This document shows positions 54,994 through 64,000 of a DNA stretch of 64,000 nucleotides, one piece after another (position 1 is the first letter of the stretch; each line of letters opens with the position of its first letter). The notes below the pieces were generated by a model. That model made no database searches, was not told where the DNA came from, and worked only from the letters and a program-made list of their open reading frames with translations. Source of the DNA: Kiritimatiellia bacterium. Its GTDB lineage: Bacteria; Verrucomicrobiota; Kiritimatiellia; JAAZAB01. Made by a program: the position numbers and the translations under genes. The stretch covers positions 7,001 to 71,000 of the forward strand of contig JBMNRV010000008.1 of assembly GCA_050944835.1 (NCBI GenBank), given 5' to 3'.

Positions 54994-56283
54994 ATGCCGT
55001 GGTTTGTCGTTGAAAAGGAATCTGTATCCAAAGCCGAAATGATGGAGTTAGTGGAGCGGGCGGCTGCGGAAGCGCTGCGCCGGATTTGTCCCGCCCCGAA
55101 ACGTGTTTTGCTGCTTCCGCCGGATATTACCCGTGCGCATTGCGGCGCCGGCTGGATAACCAATAAGTTTTATCATGTTTTCTCCAAAACGGCGGAAGTG
55201 CATTTGATTCCGACTCTAGGCCAACATGTGCCGCATACACCGGAGCAAAATACCTGGATGTTCGGCGATGTTCCGGAGGAGCGCATTCACGCTCACGATT
55301 GGCGCGATGGCTCGAAGCGCATAGGCGAAATTTCAGCCGATTATGTCAAAGATATTTCCAAAGGCAAGGCCGATTGGTCAATTCCGATTGCGTTGAACCG
55401 GATGCTTTTGGAAGACAAATGGGACCTGATCATCAATGTTGGGCACATTGTTCCGCATGAGGTGCTGGGATTTGCCAACCACAATAAAAACTATTTTATC
55501 GGGTTAGGCGGCAAAGACACGATCTGCGCCTCGCATATGATGGCGGCCTGCTGCGGCATTGAAAACAATCTGGGACGCTTAATAACTCCCTTGCGTGCTT
55601 GCTACAACAAGGCGGAAGAGGATTATCTCGGCCATTTGCCGGATATGTTTTTCCAAGTGGTTATGGCCTATGATGAAGCAGGCCGCCTGAACCACACCGG
55701 CGTTTATGTTGGTGACGATCTGGAAACCTACTTGCAAGGCGCTAAAACGTCACAAAAACAAAATATCACTATAACGCCGCCACTGAAAAAAGTGGTGGCA
55801 GTCATGCAAGGGGATGAATTCCACAGCACTTGGGTTGCTAATAAAGCGATTTATCGCACCCGCATGGCTATGGCCGATGGCGGCGAGTTGCTGATTATAG
55901 CGCCGGGTCTGAAACGCTTCGGCGAACAGCCGGATGTGGACAAGCTGATCCGCCGGTATGGTTATTCCGGTACGCCAAAGATTATGCAGCTCTGGAAGAC
56001 TCAGCCGGAAATGCAGGATTTGACGCATGGCACAGCCCACCTGATTCACGGTTCGTCTGAAGGCCGCTTTAATATCACCTATGCGCCGGGGCACATGACT
56101 GCTGAAGACATCCGCGGCGTTGGTTACGAGTATATGGACATCGCCGAGGCGCAGAAACGTTATAACCCTGACAAAATGCAGTATGGGTTTAACACCATGC
56201 CGGATGGCGAAGTTGTGTATTATATCGCCACACCTTCGGCTGGGTTGTGGAGCACACGCGAACGCCTTGACGCTGACGCATAA
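54994..56283 (+). CDS. LarA-like (DUF2088) nickel-pincer-cofactor-dependent racemase/epimerase family protein
   Basis: 429 aa. N-terminal DITR(A) segment resembles the LarA (S/N)D(V/I)TRP motif; HVPHT resembles the LarA His-containing loop; HIVPHEVLGFANHNKNYFIGLGGK resembles the LarA VxHH..GFSGG.K block. By motif recall only. Confidence 0.4.
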   Translation: MPWFVVEKESVSKAEMMELVERAAAEALRRICPAPKRVLLLPPDITRAHCGAGWITNKFYHVFSKTAEVHLIPTLGQHVPHTPEQNTWMFGDVPEERIHAHDWRDGSKRIGEISADYVKDISKGKADWSIPIALNRMLLEDKWDLIINVGHIVPHEVLGFANHNKNYFIGLGGKDTICASHMMAACCGIENNLGRLITPLRACYNKAEEDYLGHLPDMFFQVVMAYDEAGRLNHTGVYVGDDLETYLQGAKTSQKQNITITPPLKKVVAVMQGDEFHSTWVANKAIYRTRMAMADGGELLIIAPGLKRFGEQPDVDKLIRRYGYSGTPKIMQLWKTQPEMQDLTHGTAHLIHGSSEGRFNITYAPGHMTAEDIRGVGYEYMDIAEAQKRYNPDKMQYGFNTMPDGEVVYYIATPSAGLWSTRERLDADA

Positions 56284-56362
56284 GGAAGGCTGCTGTAGTT
56301 GCGCCGCCGCCGACAGCCTGCATCCGTCGGAATACCGGCTTTAACCGGCGGGCGCCTGAAAT

Positions 56363-57306
56363 TCCGGCATGGATTCGGGAGAATGATTACAAGCACCGGA
56401 AAGTGCAGGCTGGGATGCCTGGCCGTGGCGCTCTGGTCGCTCGTTTTTGTCGGCTGCCACCAACCGTCGGCGTCGCAAGCGCCGGCGGTTGGCCCGCCGC
56501 AGCGGATTGTATCACTTTCGCCCGCCATTACGGAAATCTTGTTTGCCATTGGTTGCGGTGATCGCGTTGTCGGCGTCACTTCGTTTTGTAAATATCCGCC
56601 GGCGGCCGCGTTGTTGCCGAAAGTCGGCGGGTTTTACGATACGAACTACGAGTTGGTGCTGTCGCTGCAGCCGGACTTGGTGCTGCACACCATCGAACAT
56701 GATGTGGCGGCGCAAAACCTTCAGGCGCTGCATCTGGCGCATCAGGCGTTGTCATGTTTAACATTGCCTGATATTATGGAGTCCATCCGTCGGACCGGCA
56801 CACTGTGCCATACCGCCGCCGCGGCTGATGCCGTGGTGGATGGAATTCAAACACGGATGAAGGCCATCCGCTCCCGGATTCCCGCCGATGCGTCGGCGCC
56901 GGCTGTCTTGGTTACTATCGGTCGCGATCCGAACGACGGCGACTTGGGCAGTGTGTTTCTGGCCGGCCCGAGCACGATTTACGGTGAAATGTTGCAATTG
57001 CTTAGGGCACGTAATGTTTATCAAGGGCAATTGACTTACGCGCAAGTGGGGCGGGAGGGCATTGTGCGGATGAATCCGGACGTGATTATTGACCTGGCGC
57101 CGGATTTGAATGCGGCCGATGTGGATGCCCAGTCACGATTGCGAGCGGATTGGGAAGAGTTGCCCACCGTTACCGCCGTCAAACAGCGCCGTGTACATGT
57201 ATTGACCGGCGATTACGTCTGCATTCCCGGCCCGCGTATTGCCCAGACTATGGCGGATATAGCGCTGGCTATCTATCCCGACCTTGTGTTAGAGGAGGCG
57301 CCTTGA
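56363..57306 (+). CDS. ABC transporter periplasmic substrate-binding lipoprotein, BtuF/FecB-like (cobalamin/iron-siderophore class)
   Basis: Lipoprotein signal (…LAVALWSLVFVGC). Class III SBP pattern (RIVSLSPAITEILFAIGCGDRVVGVTSFCKYP; …VIIDLAPDLN…). The ORF track starts upstream at 56299; the internal ATG at 56363 is preferred. Confidence 0.7.
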
Positions 57307-57308
57307 CT

Positions 57309-58088
57309 GTGCCATTGCTGCAAATGCGTGGGTTGAGTCTGCGGATTGGCGATAAAGACATTCTGCAGGGGATCACCCTTGATGTCCAGCCGGGCGAGTT
57401 CCTCGCGCTGGTCGGACCGAATGGCGCCGGCAAGACTACTTTAATAAAATGCATGGCCGGATTATATCGTAATTGGCAAGGCGAAATTCTGCTGGCAGGG
57501 CAAGATTTACGCAAATTCAGCCGCCGTGCGACGGCATGCCGGATCAGCTACGTGTCACAAACCGAAGAGGCTGATATTCCTTTCACCTGCTTGGAATTTG
57601 TTTTAATGTCGCGCTATCCGCACTTGTCGCCGTTCACCACCTTGCGCCGGGCTGACCGTGAAGCGGCGGAGCAAGCTCTGGTTTTGACCGGTATGCAACA
57701 CTTGAGCGACCGCCGAATGGATACGCTCAGTGGCGGCGAGCGCCGGATGGTGATGATTGCCGCTGCATTGGCGCAAGGCGCGGATTTGATGCTCTTGGAT
57801 GAGCCTACGGCCTTTCTGGACTATCGGCATCAGCGTCAGGTATTGCAATTGCTGGGCGATTTGAACCGGCGGCGCGGTTTAACAGTGGTCGCCGCGTTGC
57901 ATGACATCAATACCGCTTGCCGCTGGAGTGTGCGGGTAGCCGCATTGCGGGATGGCCGATTAGTGTCTTGTACGCCGCCGGCCGACTTGTTGCGGCTGGA
58001 GGCATTGCGCGCGGTTTATAATACCTCATTTGATTTTGTCCGGTTGCCGTCCGGCCGCTCTCTGGCTGTGTTGGAGGATGTCTGGTGA
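57309..58088 (+). CDS. ABC transporter ATP-binding protein, FecE/BtuD-like
   Basis: Walker A GPNGAGKTT, signature LSGGERRMV, Walker B LMLLDEPTAFLD, H-loop LHDIN. The start is uncertain (GTG 57309 or ATG 57336). Confidence 0.85.
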   Translation: MPLLQMRGLSLRIGDKDILQGITLDVQPGEFLALVGPNGAGKTTLIKCMAGLYRNWQGEILLAGQDLRKFSRRATACRISYVSQTEEADIPFTCLEFVLMSRYPHLSPFTTLRRADREAAEQALVLTGMQHLSDRRMDTLSGGERRMVMIAAALAQGADLMLLDEPTAFLDYRHQRQVLQLLGDLNRRRGLTVVAALHDINTACRWSVRVAALRDGRLVSCTPPADLLRLEALRAVYNTSFDFVRLPSGRSLAVLEDVW

Positions 58089-59083
58089 AGCCGCTGCCTC
58101 GTTTATGGATGCTGATGTTATTGGTGGTGACGGCGGTGGTCGTCATCTTAGTGGCGCCGATGCTGGGGCCGGAGTTCATTCCGCTGCATACATTGGTGAC
58201 AGCGCCGGAAAGCCTGGCGGCCTCACTGCTTCGTGAAATACGTATCTCGCGTGTCTTGATCGCTTTCTGTGCCGGCAGCGCTCTGGCGTTGAGTGGGGCG
58301 GCATTTCAAAGTATGTTCCGCAACCCATTGGCTACCCCGTTTACGCTGGGGGTGGCCTCCGGCGCGGCCTTCGGTAGCGCCATGTATATTCGGTTCGGGG
58401 CAAATTTGCTTCCATCCTGTGTCAACGGTGTTGCCTCAGCCGCATTCCTTGGAAGCTTGCTGGCGATTGGTTTGGTTTATGGACTGACCCGGCTGCGGAG
58501 TGGATTTTCAACAGCTACCTTGTTGCTGGCGGGGGTTGCGGTGAGTTTTTTCTTTTCCAGTCTGATAGTTTTTATCCAATACATCAGCGGTGTAGGGCAT
58601 TCCTTTCGGATTATGCATTGGATGATGGGGGCGGTCACGGCAGTCGGCATTGCGCCGGTGCTGCGTTTGTTGCCGTTTATTCTGCCGGGCGCGGCCATCC
58701 TGTTCCTGCTTTGCCGCGAATTGAATTTAATGGAGTTGGGCGATGATTTGGCCGCCAGCCGCGGCGTGAATGTCAAACGGGTGAAACAGATGGTGTTTTT
58801 TGCCGCTTCGCTGATGGTCGGTGGGGTGGTGGCCGTATGTGGCCCGATCGGGTTTGTTGGAATGATGGCGCCGCATTTCTGCCGTTTGCTGTTGGGGCAT
58901 GATCACCGGTTCCTGTTGCCGGGCGCCTTGCTGGCCGGTGGAATATTCCTGGTGATATGCGACACACTGGCGCGCACTATGGTGGCGCCGTTGGAAATTC
59001 CGGTAGGGGTGATTACTGCTTTGCTTGGCGGCCCGTTCTTCCTGTGGATCATGTTGACTCGTCCCGACCGCACAGTGCGGTAG
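58085..59083 (+). CDS. FecCD/BtuC-family ABC transporter permease
   Basis: 332 aa, ~9-10 TM helices. FecCD-family pattern (…RISRVLIAFCAGSALALSGAAFQSMFRNPLATPFTLGVASGAAFG… and …GPIGFVGMMAPH…). 4-nt overlap with the ATPase gene. Confidence 0.85.
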   Translation: MKPLPRLWMLMLLVVTAVVVILVAPMLGPEFIPLHTLVTAPESLAASLLREIRISRVLIAFCAGSALALSGAAFQSMFRNPLATPFTLGVASGAAFGSAMYIRFGANLLPSCVNGVASAAFLGSLLAIGLVYGLTRLRSGFSTATLLLAGVAVSFFFSSLIVFIQYISGVGHSFRIMHWMMGAVTAVGIAPVLRLLPFILPGAAILFLLCRELNLMELGDDLAASRGVNVKRVKQMVFFAASLMVGGVVAVCGPIGFVGMMAPHFCRLLLGHDHRFLLPGALLAGGIFLVICDTLARTMVAPLEIPVGVITALLGGPFFLWIMLTRPDRTVR

Positions 59084-59144
59084 TCTTGCCGCTTGAACCG
59101 CCGGAGCGGCGTTGCCGCTCCGGCGGTCAATTGTACGGTCTTAT

Positions 59145-60776
59145 TTAATCTGCTCCATAAATAATAATCTCCAAGCCAACCAGCGCTAGTCCTGGAGCTG
59201 CGTTGAAGACTAAGCGTGGGCCGACCATATTGTATTGGTCATCCAATTCCATGACAATGGTCATGCCACCGTGACCGGCCTGTGCCAACAGTAAGTTTTC
59301 GTTCATCTTGCGGGCAATCCAGCCCGGGACGGTATCGGCTATAACTTTATAACCGGTTATCTGGTGGCGTTCGTTCAATTTAGCGACGATAACCGCGCCG
59401 CCGTCGCCGGCTTGAGCAAGAATACGATTGCCATCCAAGCTCCGCGCAATCCATCCAGGGATCGCTCCGCACACAACTGTGAATTTGCTCGGCTGATAGC
59501 TGCGGTCTAATTCCTGAATGCCTACCATGCCACCGTCGCCGGCCTGCGCCAGAATGCAATTGCCGTCCAGTGAACGGGCTGTCCAACCCGGCGCGGAATC
59601 AGCCACTACAATAATATTGGTGGGCATACCGGCATCGTCCAACTCGGCAATGGCGACTGCCCCGCCGTGACCGGCCTGAGCCAGCAGCCGATCCTCGTTA
59701 ATGTCGCGGACGACCCAACCGGGCGCGCCGCCAAATATATTTGCTAAACGTAAATTTTGATCTTCATCGTTAAGTCCGATCAGCGTCACTGGCCCATCCT
59801 GCCCGGCTTGAGCAATCAAACGCAAAGTCTTGTCGGCCTCGATGGTGAATATTGCGCGGCCGGTGTTTAGATAAATCTTGTCATTAAGCATCCGCAACGT
59901 TTCAAAGCGGCTATTTGAACGGGCCACTACTTCGTAGCCGACATAAGCGCCGTTCAGCATCAGCAGACGTTGCAATTCGCTGGGCGCGGCGAATGAAGTT
60001 GCAGTGATCAGCACGTGTCCTTCTGGATCAATCTGAAGGCCGGTGCTGCCATCGCCGGTTTGCAACACGGCAAAGCTGTGCCCACTGGGCCGCAATGGCG
60101 CTCGGTTTGGATCGGCTATGGCGGCGGCGACTTCCGCCGCGCTCCAACGATAAACCGTTGAACCGGCAGTGTTATATCCTTCAGCGTAATAGAGGTCACC
60201 GGCGGCGTTGAAAGCCAATGGGCCGCTGGCGTTGCCGATTGTTCCGAGGTTGATAGGAGGGGTGTTGATCAGGTCGCCGTCTGCATCCAGCTCGCTGTAA
60301 TAAATTGAGCCATTAGCCCCGCCTGAAGCCCAGAAGTCGTTCTCATTTCGTGTATCCAAGCCCCAGAGGTTGGTGGAGACGAAGAGATTGGTAGGCGCTT
60401 CGGCAGATGCCGGATTGTACCGGAAATAATTGAAATCAAAGACATTGTAGTTGCCACCATCGTTGAAGTAGATCATATCACCGATAGCGGTCACTCTGGA
60501 GCCGGCAAAGCAGTTGGTGTCATAATACAAACATTGTGATGTGGTGCCGTCGAAACGGTAAACCCCAAAGCCTAAGTCCCAGAACGGGCTGCCGGTTGAG
60601 TAATAGAGATTGCCGTTTGTATCCCAATCGAAAGATACAAGTGCGGCATTCTCGTCTTCGAGATCATAATAAATTTCAGTCTTGTAGCCTGTAGCGCCAA
60701 GCTGTTGGCCGTATGTTAGACCGGCCTGCGCGGCCAGCAGAATACAACCAAATAATTTAATTGCTGCGTGTTTCAT
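59145..60776 (-). CDS. Secreted repeat protein (543 aa). N-terminal domain is rich in aromatic/Gly/Asn residues; C-terminal has 4-5 tandem ~41-aa repeats (LAQAG(D/H)GG…EL(D/N)…PGW(I/T)AR…N…L).
   Basis: Signal peptide MKHAAIKLFGCILLAAQAGLTYGQQ. Repeat units are clearly visible in the translation from about residue 330 onward. Confidence 0.5.
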   Translation of the reverse strand: MKHAAIKLFGCILLAAQAGLTYGQQLGATGYKTEIYYDLEDENAALVSFDWDTNGNLYYSTGSPFWDLGFGVYRFDGTTSQCLYYDTNCFAGSRVTAIGDMIYFNDGGNYNVFDFNYFRYNPASAEAPTNLFVSTNLWGLDTRNENDFWASGGANGSIYYSELDADGDLINTPPINLGTIGNASGPLAFNAAGDLYYAEGYNTAGSTVYRWSAAEVAAAIADPNRAPLRPSGHSFAVLQTGDGSTGLQIDPEGHVLITATSFAAPSELQRLLMLNGAYVGYEVVARSNSRFETLRMLNDKIYLNTGRAIFTIEADKTLRLIAQAGQDGPVTLIGLNDEDQNLRLANIFGGAPGWVVRDINEDRLLAQAGHGGAVAIAELDDAGMPTNIIVVADSAPGWTARSLDGNCILAQAGDGGMVGIQELDRSYQPSKFTVVCGAIPGWIARSLDGNRILAQAGDGGAVIVAKLNERHQITGYKVIADTVPGWIARKMNENLLLAQAGHGGMTIVMELDDQYNMVGPRLVFNAAPGLALVGLEIIIYGAD

Positions 60777-60917
60777 GTGTGCGGACTCCTTGTTTATGCG
60801 ATTTAGAAAAATTTTTACGAAAATTGATGTTTTAAATCAACCTCTTATTCGTGTTGTTTGCTCGTGTGTCACCTCCTTTAATCTTAAAACGGTAGTTAGT
60901 AAACAGAGATTTAGCTA

Positions 60918-61285
60918 TAAAAACACAAGAAGGAGGAATTGAACCGCCAAGGCGCCAAGAACGCCAAGAAAGAAACAGATGAATGAAACCGCAGGTGCAA
61001 GCCGCACTGGCACCACAGATTGACGCAGATACCGGATAATTGGCCACAAAGATGCACAAGAAGCACAAGATTTTTCAGAACACGAACGCATGCTGCGCTG
61101 ACCGGCATCTGCCGGTCTGGCGGATCGGCTGACACCCTGATACGCGAATTAATTCGTGTATTCGGGTGTCCACCGATCCATGTCCGCATAGCGGACAGTG
61201 CGGCATGCGTCCGTGGCAAATCCTCTTCTGCCACCTTGGCGTCTTGGCGGTTCAATCCTATCCCTTTGTGCCTTGTGTGCATTTT
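60918..61285. repeat. Nested inverted-repeat element (~370 bp, MITE-like or structured RNA). Imperfect ~40-bp terminal inverted repeats (60918..60960 vs 61235..61285) enclose three consecutive hairpins: 61100..61117, a 58-nt near-perfect palindrome at 61122..61179, and 61181..61197.
   Basis: GGAATTGAACCGCCAAGGCGCCAAG (60936..60960) is the reverse complement, with 2 differences, of CTTGGCGTCTTGGCGGTTCAATCC (61235..61258). Internal palindrome: GGATCGGCTGACACCCtgatacgCGAATTAATTCGtgtattcGGGTGTCCACCGATCC. Also GACCGGCAtcTGCCGGTC and TGTCCGCataGCGGACA. Confidence 0.6.
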
Positions 61286-61305
61286 TGTTGCTAATTTCTT
61301 TCCTA

Positions 61306-61335
61306 TCCGTGTTTATCCGTGTTCATCCGTGGTTC
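61306..61335 (+). promoter_or_regulatory. Three phased 10-bp direct repeats ATCCGTG(TTT/TTC/GTT) followed by CTTCCTAATCTG; same motif as at 40188
   Basis: ctATCCGTGtttATCCGTGttcATCCGTGgttcttcctaatctg. The 17-mer is identical to 40188-40204. Confidence 0.4.
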
Positions 61336-61338
61336 TTC

Positions 61339-63618
61339 CTAATCTGCGGTTATCCGGTCAGACCAGATCGCCGCTGCGGCATCCAGATCAAAACCGGATT
61401 TTATATCACTGCGCGTAGCAGCTGATGTCTTTTCAATGTGATAAATCAAGTCGCCGTCGGAGTCCGTCAGCCAACGGCTGCCAGTGGATTGAATACGCAC
61501 GAAGCGAATCCAATCCAATCCAAGCGTCCCGATGTCGAAAGAATCGCCGCCGGAGACAGCTGGGTCTGTCGGGTCCGGATCCAGCCCGTTGCTCATAACC
61601 GGATTAACGCCGGCGAAGCCGGTGCGGTAGCAATAGGGATGGTGGAGATTGAGTTTCCCGCTGACCGGGTCATATCGCGGCGAGAAATCGGTTGGAAACT
61701 GATGCCAAGTCACGCCGTCCTGACTGACTGACACTACAGCCGGTTCCATAAACCTAGTCGTTGGGTCCGGTCTGCCGTTCGCGTCATAAATATAGAACAC
61801 ATTTTCAAAAATGGTGAAATCATCGCCCGGCCCGTTCCAAATGGCATTGTCAACGAATTCCAGCGTAATGGCGCCGCCATACGGCGCTGAAGCGCCATTG
61901 TCGTCATTGACGGCGGCGCCGAGTGAAACAACATCAGCCGAACCGTATGCCAGCCCTGCGCCGCGCGGAGGGCCCAGAACGATGCCGGGGAGTTCGGCGG
62001 AACGGAAGGCGTTAGGATGGAGCAATTGCTTTGCCACCACGCGGTCGGCGAATGGTTCGAGCTTTGGCGGCATACGGACTTGCAAGACCGGCGGTGGCGT
62101 GTTGGTGACGGTTACGCCGGATTCTTCCAGAAAAGCGGCGTAATAATAAGCGCCAGGGGCAATGTTTTCATCCAGATATTCCGTGTTGCCGCCATGATAT
62201 ATGGTTTCTCCGTCGGTCGCCTGCGATGGCGGCGTTCCGAGGGTTTTGACGATCCGGACGGTGGCTAGTGGATTGTCCGGAAACTCCCATGTCAGCGCAA
62301 CCCGGGTGCGGCCCAAAAAAGCTGTTAAATTGGATATTCGGCCTGGATCGGACGGCAAAACTGTCAAAGTGAATTGTTTCGTATCGGATTGCTGTGCGGC
62401 ATCTTGCAGCATAACGATTATTTCATATTTACCGGCAACATCCGGTGTGCCCGAGACAATGCCGTCTGGTGCGCAATGGAGTCCCGGCGGCAGTGCAGCC
62501 ATGCTCCAGGTATAAGGCGGGATGCCGCCGGCCGCCTGGAAGGCATAGTTAAAGGGGTGGCCCTGGCGGATGGGCGCCGTTGGGGTTGCGATGATATCCG
62601 GTGTGGTGCGGATATGCAGCATAAATTGACGGGTAATGCTTTGCTGGGCGTCGTGCAGCCAGACAGTAATCGGTATGTCAGAAGGCGGAGCGTTGCTGTT
62701 GATTTCACCGGCAATTTCACCGGTCAATTGGTTCAAGGTTAAGACGCCTAATGTCAACAAATCGCTCTCGGCGCTCCAGAGATAGGGCGGGACGCCACCG
62801 GTTGCTTCGAGTTGGCAGGAATAATAATCACCGGGTGTGGCCGCCGGCAGGTTGGCGGTCAGGATTTCAAGCGGGGTTTCCGGTGTAATGGTCAGGAGAT
62901 ACTCCGCTACATCTTCAGCGCCACGGCTGTCAGTTACCGTCAGGCGGAAAATCGTTGATGAGGGCGTATCGGCGCTTCCGGTTAATTCACCGTTGGTATC
63001 AAGCGTCAATCCCGGCGGTAACATGCCGTCGGTTATGCGCCAGGAGTAAGGCGGCTGACCACTTTCCGCTGCGAATTGGATGGAGTAGGGGGTGTTCACC
63101 CTGCCTGCGGGCAGGGCGCCGGTGGTAATATAAACAAGATTTGTGCTGTCGCCGGTAATCGGTATCCACTTGCCGCCCCGGCGGATTGCGCCGAAGCGTT
63201 CGCGGATGGCAGCTTCTTTGATTTGCGTCGGAGACAGGCTTCCGCCGCCTTCCACCTGTAGTTGCATTGCCGGAATGTTTGACTCTTCCGCCTGAGATGA
63301 AGCCGCATCGCCGTTATAATTTTCCGATGGTGTTTTCGAGGCGGTTAAATGCTGCGCAGGCTGGTCGCTCCCGGCATCGGCCGCTGTCGGCGCACACTCG
63401 GCCGCCGTGGCGCTCTCCGGCAAGATGACACTGCCGGGTGGTGGATTGTCCGGCAACATCCGTTGGGATTCGGCATTGCGATTATTCGTGCCGGAGCACA
63501 GCCAGAGGCAGGCGATAATCGCGAAGATGCCCGCCAAGCAAATTATGATTGCCCGTTTTAGCGCGACGCGCATAAAAAAACCTCCAGGCTCCTGAAAAAG
63601 AGTCTGAAGGCATTGCAT
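61339..63618 (-). CDS. Secreted/membrane-anchored surface protein with several 'putative Ig' (He_PIG/cadherin-like) repeats and fibronectin-III-like domains
   Basis: N-terminal TM/signal (MRVALKRAIIICLAGIFAIIACLWLCSG; likely true start ~63573). Repeats carry GxPPYxW…LPPGL(T/H)… (GQPPYSWRITDGMLPPGLTLD, GGVPPYLWSAESD, GGIPPYTWSMAALPPGLHCA). 759 aa. Confidence 0.5.
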   Translation of the reverse strand: MQCLQTLFQEPGGFFMRVALKRAIIICLAGIFAIIACLWLCSGTNNRNAESQRMLPDNPPPGSVILPESATAAECAPTAADAGSDQPAQHLTASKTPSENYNGDAASSQAEESNIPAMQLQVEGGGSLSPTQIKEAAIRERFGAIRRGGKWIPITGDSTNLVYITTGALPAGRVNTPYSIQFAAESGQPPYSWRITDGMLPPGLTLDTNGELTGSADTPSSTIFRLTVTDSRGAEDVAEYLLTITPETPLEILTANLPAATPGDYYSCQLEATGGVPPYLWSAESDLLTLGVLTLNQLTGEIAGEINSNAPPSDIPITVWLHDAQQSITRQFMLHIRTTPDIIATPTAPIRQGHPFNYAFQAAGGIPPYTWSMAALPPGLHCAPDGIVSGTPDVAGKYEIIVMLQDAAQQSDTKQFTLTVLPSDPGRISNLTAFLGRTRVALTWEFPDNPLATVRIVKTLGTPPSQATDGETIYHGGNTEYLDENIAPGAYYYAAFLEESGVTVTNTPPPVLQVRMPPKLEPFADRVVAKQLLHPNAFRSAELPGIVLGPPRGAGLAYGSADVVSLGAAVNDDNGASAPYGGAITLEFVDNAIWNGPGDDFTIFENVFYIYDANGRPDPTTRFMEPAVVSVSQDGVTWHQFPTDFSPRYDPVSGKLNLHHPYCYRTGFAGVNPVMSNGLDPDPTDPAVSGGDSFDIGTLGLDWIRFVRIQSTGSRWLTDSDGDLIYHIEKTSAATRSDIKSGFDLDAAAAIWSDRITAD

Positions 63619-64000
63619 ACTATGCGCCTGTCATTCCCCTTTCATGCGAAGGAGCCGTGGCGCCACCAGGCGCCGACCAATAACAGCGTGTTAACAACGT
63701 CTCCTGACTTCCGGCTTCCAACCTAATCCTTCGCCTTCCCCTGCCATTTTGAACAGGGTGGCTGATGAAGTTTCGCCGCACCATCCCGACTTGGGATAAG
63801 CGGTCACTAGGCCCGAAAGCTTAAAGGCATCGGGCTTGCGTGATAGCCGGTCACAGTGGCGCGACCGTATCCGATTTACACGGATTTCCGTTTGTTTGCA
63901 CTAAATAAAACTAATTGTTAACCAAAGAACTAATATAGAGCTGCATATAATCAAACCTGTACGATTTGTCAAGTGGAAGTTCCATAAAAAAAGTGTTGAC

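Noticed and set aside
60911-61418. ORFs 60911..61282 (-, 123 aa) and 61020..61418 (+, 132 aa) in the 560-bp gap
   Set aside because: They span the nested inverted-repeat/hairpin element. The palindromic DNA generates mirrored ORFs on both strands, and there are no RBS or domain features.

Overview
This 64 kb window is a high-GC chromosomal segment. Gene content (many secreted glycan-active proteins, giant multidomain ORFs, few Shine-Dalgarno sites) suggests a Planctomycetes-Verrucomicrobia-Chlamydiae (PVC)-like or Lentisphaerae-like bacterium; that placement is inference only.

Housekeeping genes are scattered throughout:
- translation: rplT (partial), rpmI, tyrS, rpsA, tRNA-Val(CAC), tRNA-Gly(CCC)
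- other metabolism and repair: glnA, a PPi/ATP-phosphofructokinase, an lpxI-like gene, a UvrD-like helicase, an acyl-CoA dehydrogenase, an acyl-CoA ligase, a ZupT zinc transporter and a YugP-like zinc metallopeptidase
- transporters: an Opp/Dpp-type ABC importer and a BtuF/FecB-type ABC importer

The accessory content is more interesting.

1. A glycan-degradation cluster at 484-8947: a giant GH42-like/ThuA-like hydrolase, a GH20 hexosaminidase and a beta-helix protein.

2. A large, previously undescribed-looking synthase-dependent exopolysaccharide locus at roughly 21500-38200, which is the main candidate for a novel system. Its components are:
- a HasA/NodC-type processive GT2 synthase (GDDR and QxxRW motifs) with an N-terminal C4 zinc ribbon
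- two paralogous TPR proteins flanking the synthase, one of them membrane-anchored with a CE4 deacetylase-like domain
- a single polypeptide fusing TPR + CE4-like deacetylase + C-terminal outer-membrane beta-barrel (PgaA/PgaB-like functions in one protein)
- an MBOAT O-acyltransferase and an SGNH esterase/transferase
- a GHL10 (YddW/YngK-like) hydrolase
- no recognisable PilZ or GGDEF domain

3. Divergently transcribed from that operon is a receiver-only response regulator, a KaiC-like RecA-fold ATPase with a repetitive low-complexity tail, and an ExeA/GspA-like AAA+ ATPase, which may be its regulatory module.

Non-coding oddities:
- a 10-bp phased ATCCGTG direct-repeat motif found at three intergenic loci
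- a ~370 bp nested inverted-repeat/hairpin element (MITE-like)
- a 5-copy tandem array of an 18-19 nt hairpin-forming unit between rpsA and a LarA-like gene
- tandem AAGGATGAG repeats over the start of the GHL10 gene
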